This document shows, one piece after another, positions 62,739 through 64,000 of a stretch of DNA of 64,000 bases (positions are counted from its first letter, which is position 1; each line of letters opens with the position of its first letter). Position numbers and translations under genes: made by a program. The DNA is taken from sequence record OR844650.1, one strand, 5' to 3'. The notes below the pieces were generated by a model. The model saw only the letters and a program-made list of their open reading frames with translations. It made no database searches and was not told the DNA's origin.

Positions 62739-64000
62739 TTAACTGTTTCTCTCACCTTGAGTGTTTTCAGAGATAGTTCTTAGATAGTTATTTGTCTGTT
62801 GCACGGCAGATAGAGATTGCTCATTAACATCAGCAAGTTTTTTAAGTAACTCTTTCATGTCTTCTGATATTGTGGCATTATTATTATTAGCATTTGCCAT
62901 ACTACTACCACTATTTATCATCGCTTTCATGGCCTCATAATCGTCCGGTTCAGCTTGAATTGGTGGTTCATTTGGACCCCATGCTGATTTATCAAAAGTT
63001 TTTGGAGTTATGGTAACATATGGTGCAACATGTTCAGATTTTTCGATTCTCGCAGTTGCTCTTGGCTTATTTTCAAGACCACTACTAATAAGTTTTTCAG
63101 CAACTGATTCATCAAGGGGTTTTGGTTGTTTAAAGTTTCTACTTGAATTCCATTTTAAAAAACCATCAAATGAACTAGAAATATAATCACCAAATGAATT
63201 CATTTTTTCTTCAAAATAATTATTAACTTTTTCTGCACCATCGGTAACAGAATTGTTTTCTACTTTTACTTTGTCGTCTGAACCACCAAACCAACCTTTA
63301 ACAGAATCCCAAAGTTTACCAGGAAGATCCATTAGGTTATTCATAAAGCTATCAAATGCTTCTGAAACTTTATTATATCCACTACCAAAAATTTCAGTAC
63401 CTAACCCTTCTAACCACTGCTCAAACTCACCACCAATCCTATCCAAATACGCAACTGCATCTTTCGCAATAGGAACCAAACCAAAACCATCAAGTGCTAA
63501 CTCTCCGATAAATTCCCATGCACCATCAGTACGGTCTGCAATATCAGTAAGGTAATCCGCAATAGAATTTTGTGTATCTGCATACATTTTATTAAATGGT
63601 TCAGTAAATTCTTTACTAATCCATCTATTGAATCTATCAGTGAATTGTGTTAGTTTATCTGCTGGTTGACTCTTAGGATCATTAATCGCAGCTTCCATAT
63701 CAAGTAGTTGTTGGTTGAAGGTTGCTGCCGTAGTGTTTCCTAATTGTATCTGATTTAATAAATCTTGCTTTATTAGTTCTTTGTTCTTTTTAACAAATTC
63801 CAATTGTTGACGGCGAATTTCTTGTGAATCAGTAACACCACTACGTACCAAGTTCTCACCTAAATCAGCAAATTGGTTCAGTACTGGAGTCAATAAATCA
63901 TCTGGTACTCCACCAATAGTTAAACGATGTGAAATTAAACGTAGAAAATCTGCACCAGCATCACCCATACTGGCAGCAGCTTCGTTAAATGCTTTTGATG
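62739..64000 (-). CDS. Large helical virion protein (tape-measure-like), partial; start lies beyond the right edge
   Basis: Frame is open to the window edge; helical, with Trp/Phe-Gly periodicity (LWDSVKGWFGG). Confidence 0.5.
   Translation of the reverse strand, partial: SKAFNEAAASMGDAGADFLRLISHRLTIGGVPDDLLTPVLNQFADLGENLVRSGVTDSQEIRRQQLEFVKKNKELIKQDLLNQIQLGNTTAATFNQQLLDMEAAINDPKSQPADKLTQFTDRFNRWISKEFTEPFNKMYADTQNSIADYLTDIADRTDGAWEFIGELALDGFGLVPIAKDAVAYLDRIGGEFEQWLEGLGTEIFGSGYNKVSEAFDSFMNNLMDLPGKLWDSVKGWFGGSDDKVKVENNSVTDGAEKVNNYFEEKMNSFGDYISSSFDGFLKWNSSRNFKQPKPLDESVAEKLISSGLENKPRATARIEKSEHVAPYVTITPKTFDKSAWGPNEPPIQAEPDDYEAMKAMINSGSSMANANNNNATISEDMKELLKKLADVNEQSLSAVQQTNNYLRTISENTQGERNS

Overview
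64 kb of a large, AT-rich (roughly one-third GC by eye), T4-related jumbo myovirus genome. Gene content and order resemble RaK2/GAP32/121Q-type enterobacterial jumbo phages; this assignment is from recall, not a database search. Nearly all genes are on the minus strand. Replication, recombination and nucleotide genes: type II topoisomerase (two subunits), Dda-like helicase, RNase HI, DHFR, MazG-like NTP pyrophosphatase, NrdA/NrdB, PD-(D/E)XK exonuclease, gp41-like helicase, gp61-like primase, UvsW, UvsY, UvsX, gp32-like SSB, FEN-type RNase H, sliding clamp, family B polymerase, DsbA. Host-takeover genes: IF3, ClpS-like, GroES-like. Virion genes: terminase, portal, protease, scaffold, major capsid, tail fibre and its chaperone. 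The most unusual observations are: (1) a DnaE (Pol III alpha) catalytic core split exactly between FERFL and PDIDIDF into two mini-genes 30 kb apart, alongside a full Pol B; (2) a promoter class with a YGRGACAA box at a fixed spacing from a sigma70 -10 element, sitting mainly before replication genes, which looks like an activator-dependent middle promoter; (3) an unannotated 55-aa Hfq/Sm-like ORF; (4) tandem T4-holin-T-like genes, one clearly and one probably +1 frameshifted at a CGGA; (5) a catalytically dead terminase-ATPase paralog next to TerL; (6) an RBS-sequestering hairpin that contains a late promoter. No tRNA, rRNA, CRISPR array, intron or intein was seen.
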